Virus record (IMG/VR): IMGVR_UViG_3300025293_000017
Location: 1-36,061 of that record
Strand: one strand, 5' to 3'
From: a virus
Taxonomy: Duplodnaviria; Caudoviricetes
Length of the DNA stretch: 36,061 nucleotides
Positions 35,738 through 36,061 of the stretch are shown here, piece by piece (within the stretch, counting starts at the first letter, position 1; each line of letters begins with the position of its first letter). The notes beneath the pieces are model-generated. The model saw only the letters and a program-made list of their open reading frames with translations, had not been told where the DNA came from and did no database searches. The translations under genes and the position numbers were made by a program.

Positions 35738-36060
35738 TATCCCTCCTTTCGATGTCGTTCAAGAAAGCGTTTACTGGCATCAATCATGGTGAGTGTGTTC
35801 GTGGTCAGTTTCGGTTTCTGATTAACCTGTGGTTCATCTTCCCATCGGCGTTCCTTGAGAAACCGCACCGCGTGGCAAATGTAGCGTTCGTCAATATCTT
35901 CATCCTCCCATGCTTTGAGATACAGCGTCAGTCCGTCCATCACCTCCTGATAGAGTGGTGTGTCGTGTTCAATTTTCAACTTCTTCCAAATTTCCGATGC
36001 GGCTTTCTTTCCTCGATTTCGTGGATACCTCGACCAGAATGATTCAAATCGAGCCGTATA
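35737..36060 (-). CDS. C-terminal part of a phage replication initiator / replisome organiser (truncated by window edge)
   Basis: Frame is open to the edge: FESFWSRYPRNRGKKAASEIWKKL...YICHAVRFLKERRWEDE. Confidence 0.7.
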   Translation of the reverse strand, partial: YTARFESFWSRYPRNRGKKAASEIWKKLKIEHDTPLYQEVMDGLTLYLKAWEDEDIDERYICHAVRFLKERRWEDEPQVNQKPKLTTNTLTMIDASKRFLERHRKEG

Positions 36061-36061
36061 G

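Noticed and set aside
1-36061. CRISPR array, tRNA genes, integrase or att sites, DGR reverse transcriptase, host assignment
   Set aside because: No repeat-spacer array, cloverleaf, recombinase or reverse transcriptase motif was seen by eye; the sequence alone does not support naming a host or lifestyle.

Overview
The window is an internal segment of a tailed dsDNA phage genome (HK97-fold capsid, long non-contractile tail), almost entirely on the minus strand. In transcription order (right to left) it carries: replication and nuclease genes; a seven-gene nonulosonic (pseudaminic-like) acid synthesis cluster; a ParB-like/DNA methyltransferase fusion; terminase; a portal fused to a Mu gpF-like domain; prohead protease; major capsid; neck; two tail-tube paralogues; a frameshifting tail chaperone; tape measure; tail tip and fibre; and a GH108 endolysin facing two plus-strand holin-like genes. 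The best candidate for an undescribed system is self-contained virion glycosylation with a sialic-acid-like sugar. The CMP-nonulosonate pathway co-occurs with two paralogous Maf/sialyltransferase-like genes inside the head module, and several structural proteins carry Ser/Thr/Cys-rich patches. A second candidate is a ~600-nt highly structured minus-strand RNA behind a sigma70 promoter and boxA at the left end. A terminator/antiterminator switch precedes the protease-capsid genes. All family calls come from motif recognition by eye; no database searches or folding programs were run, and the host cannot be determined.
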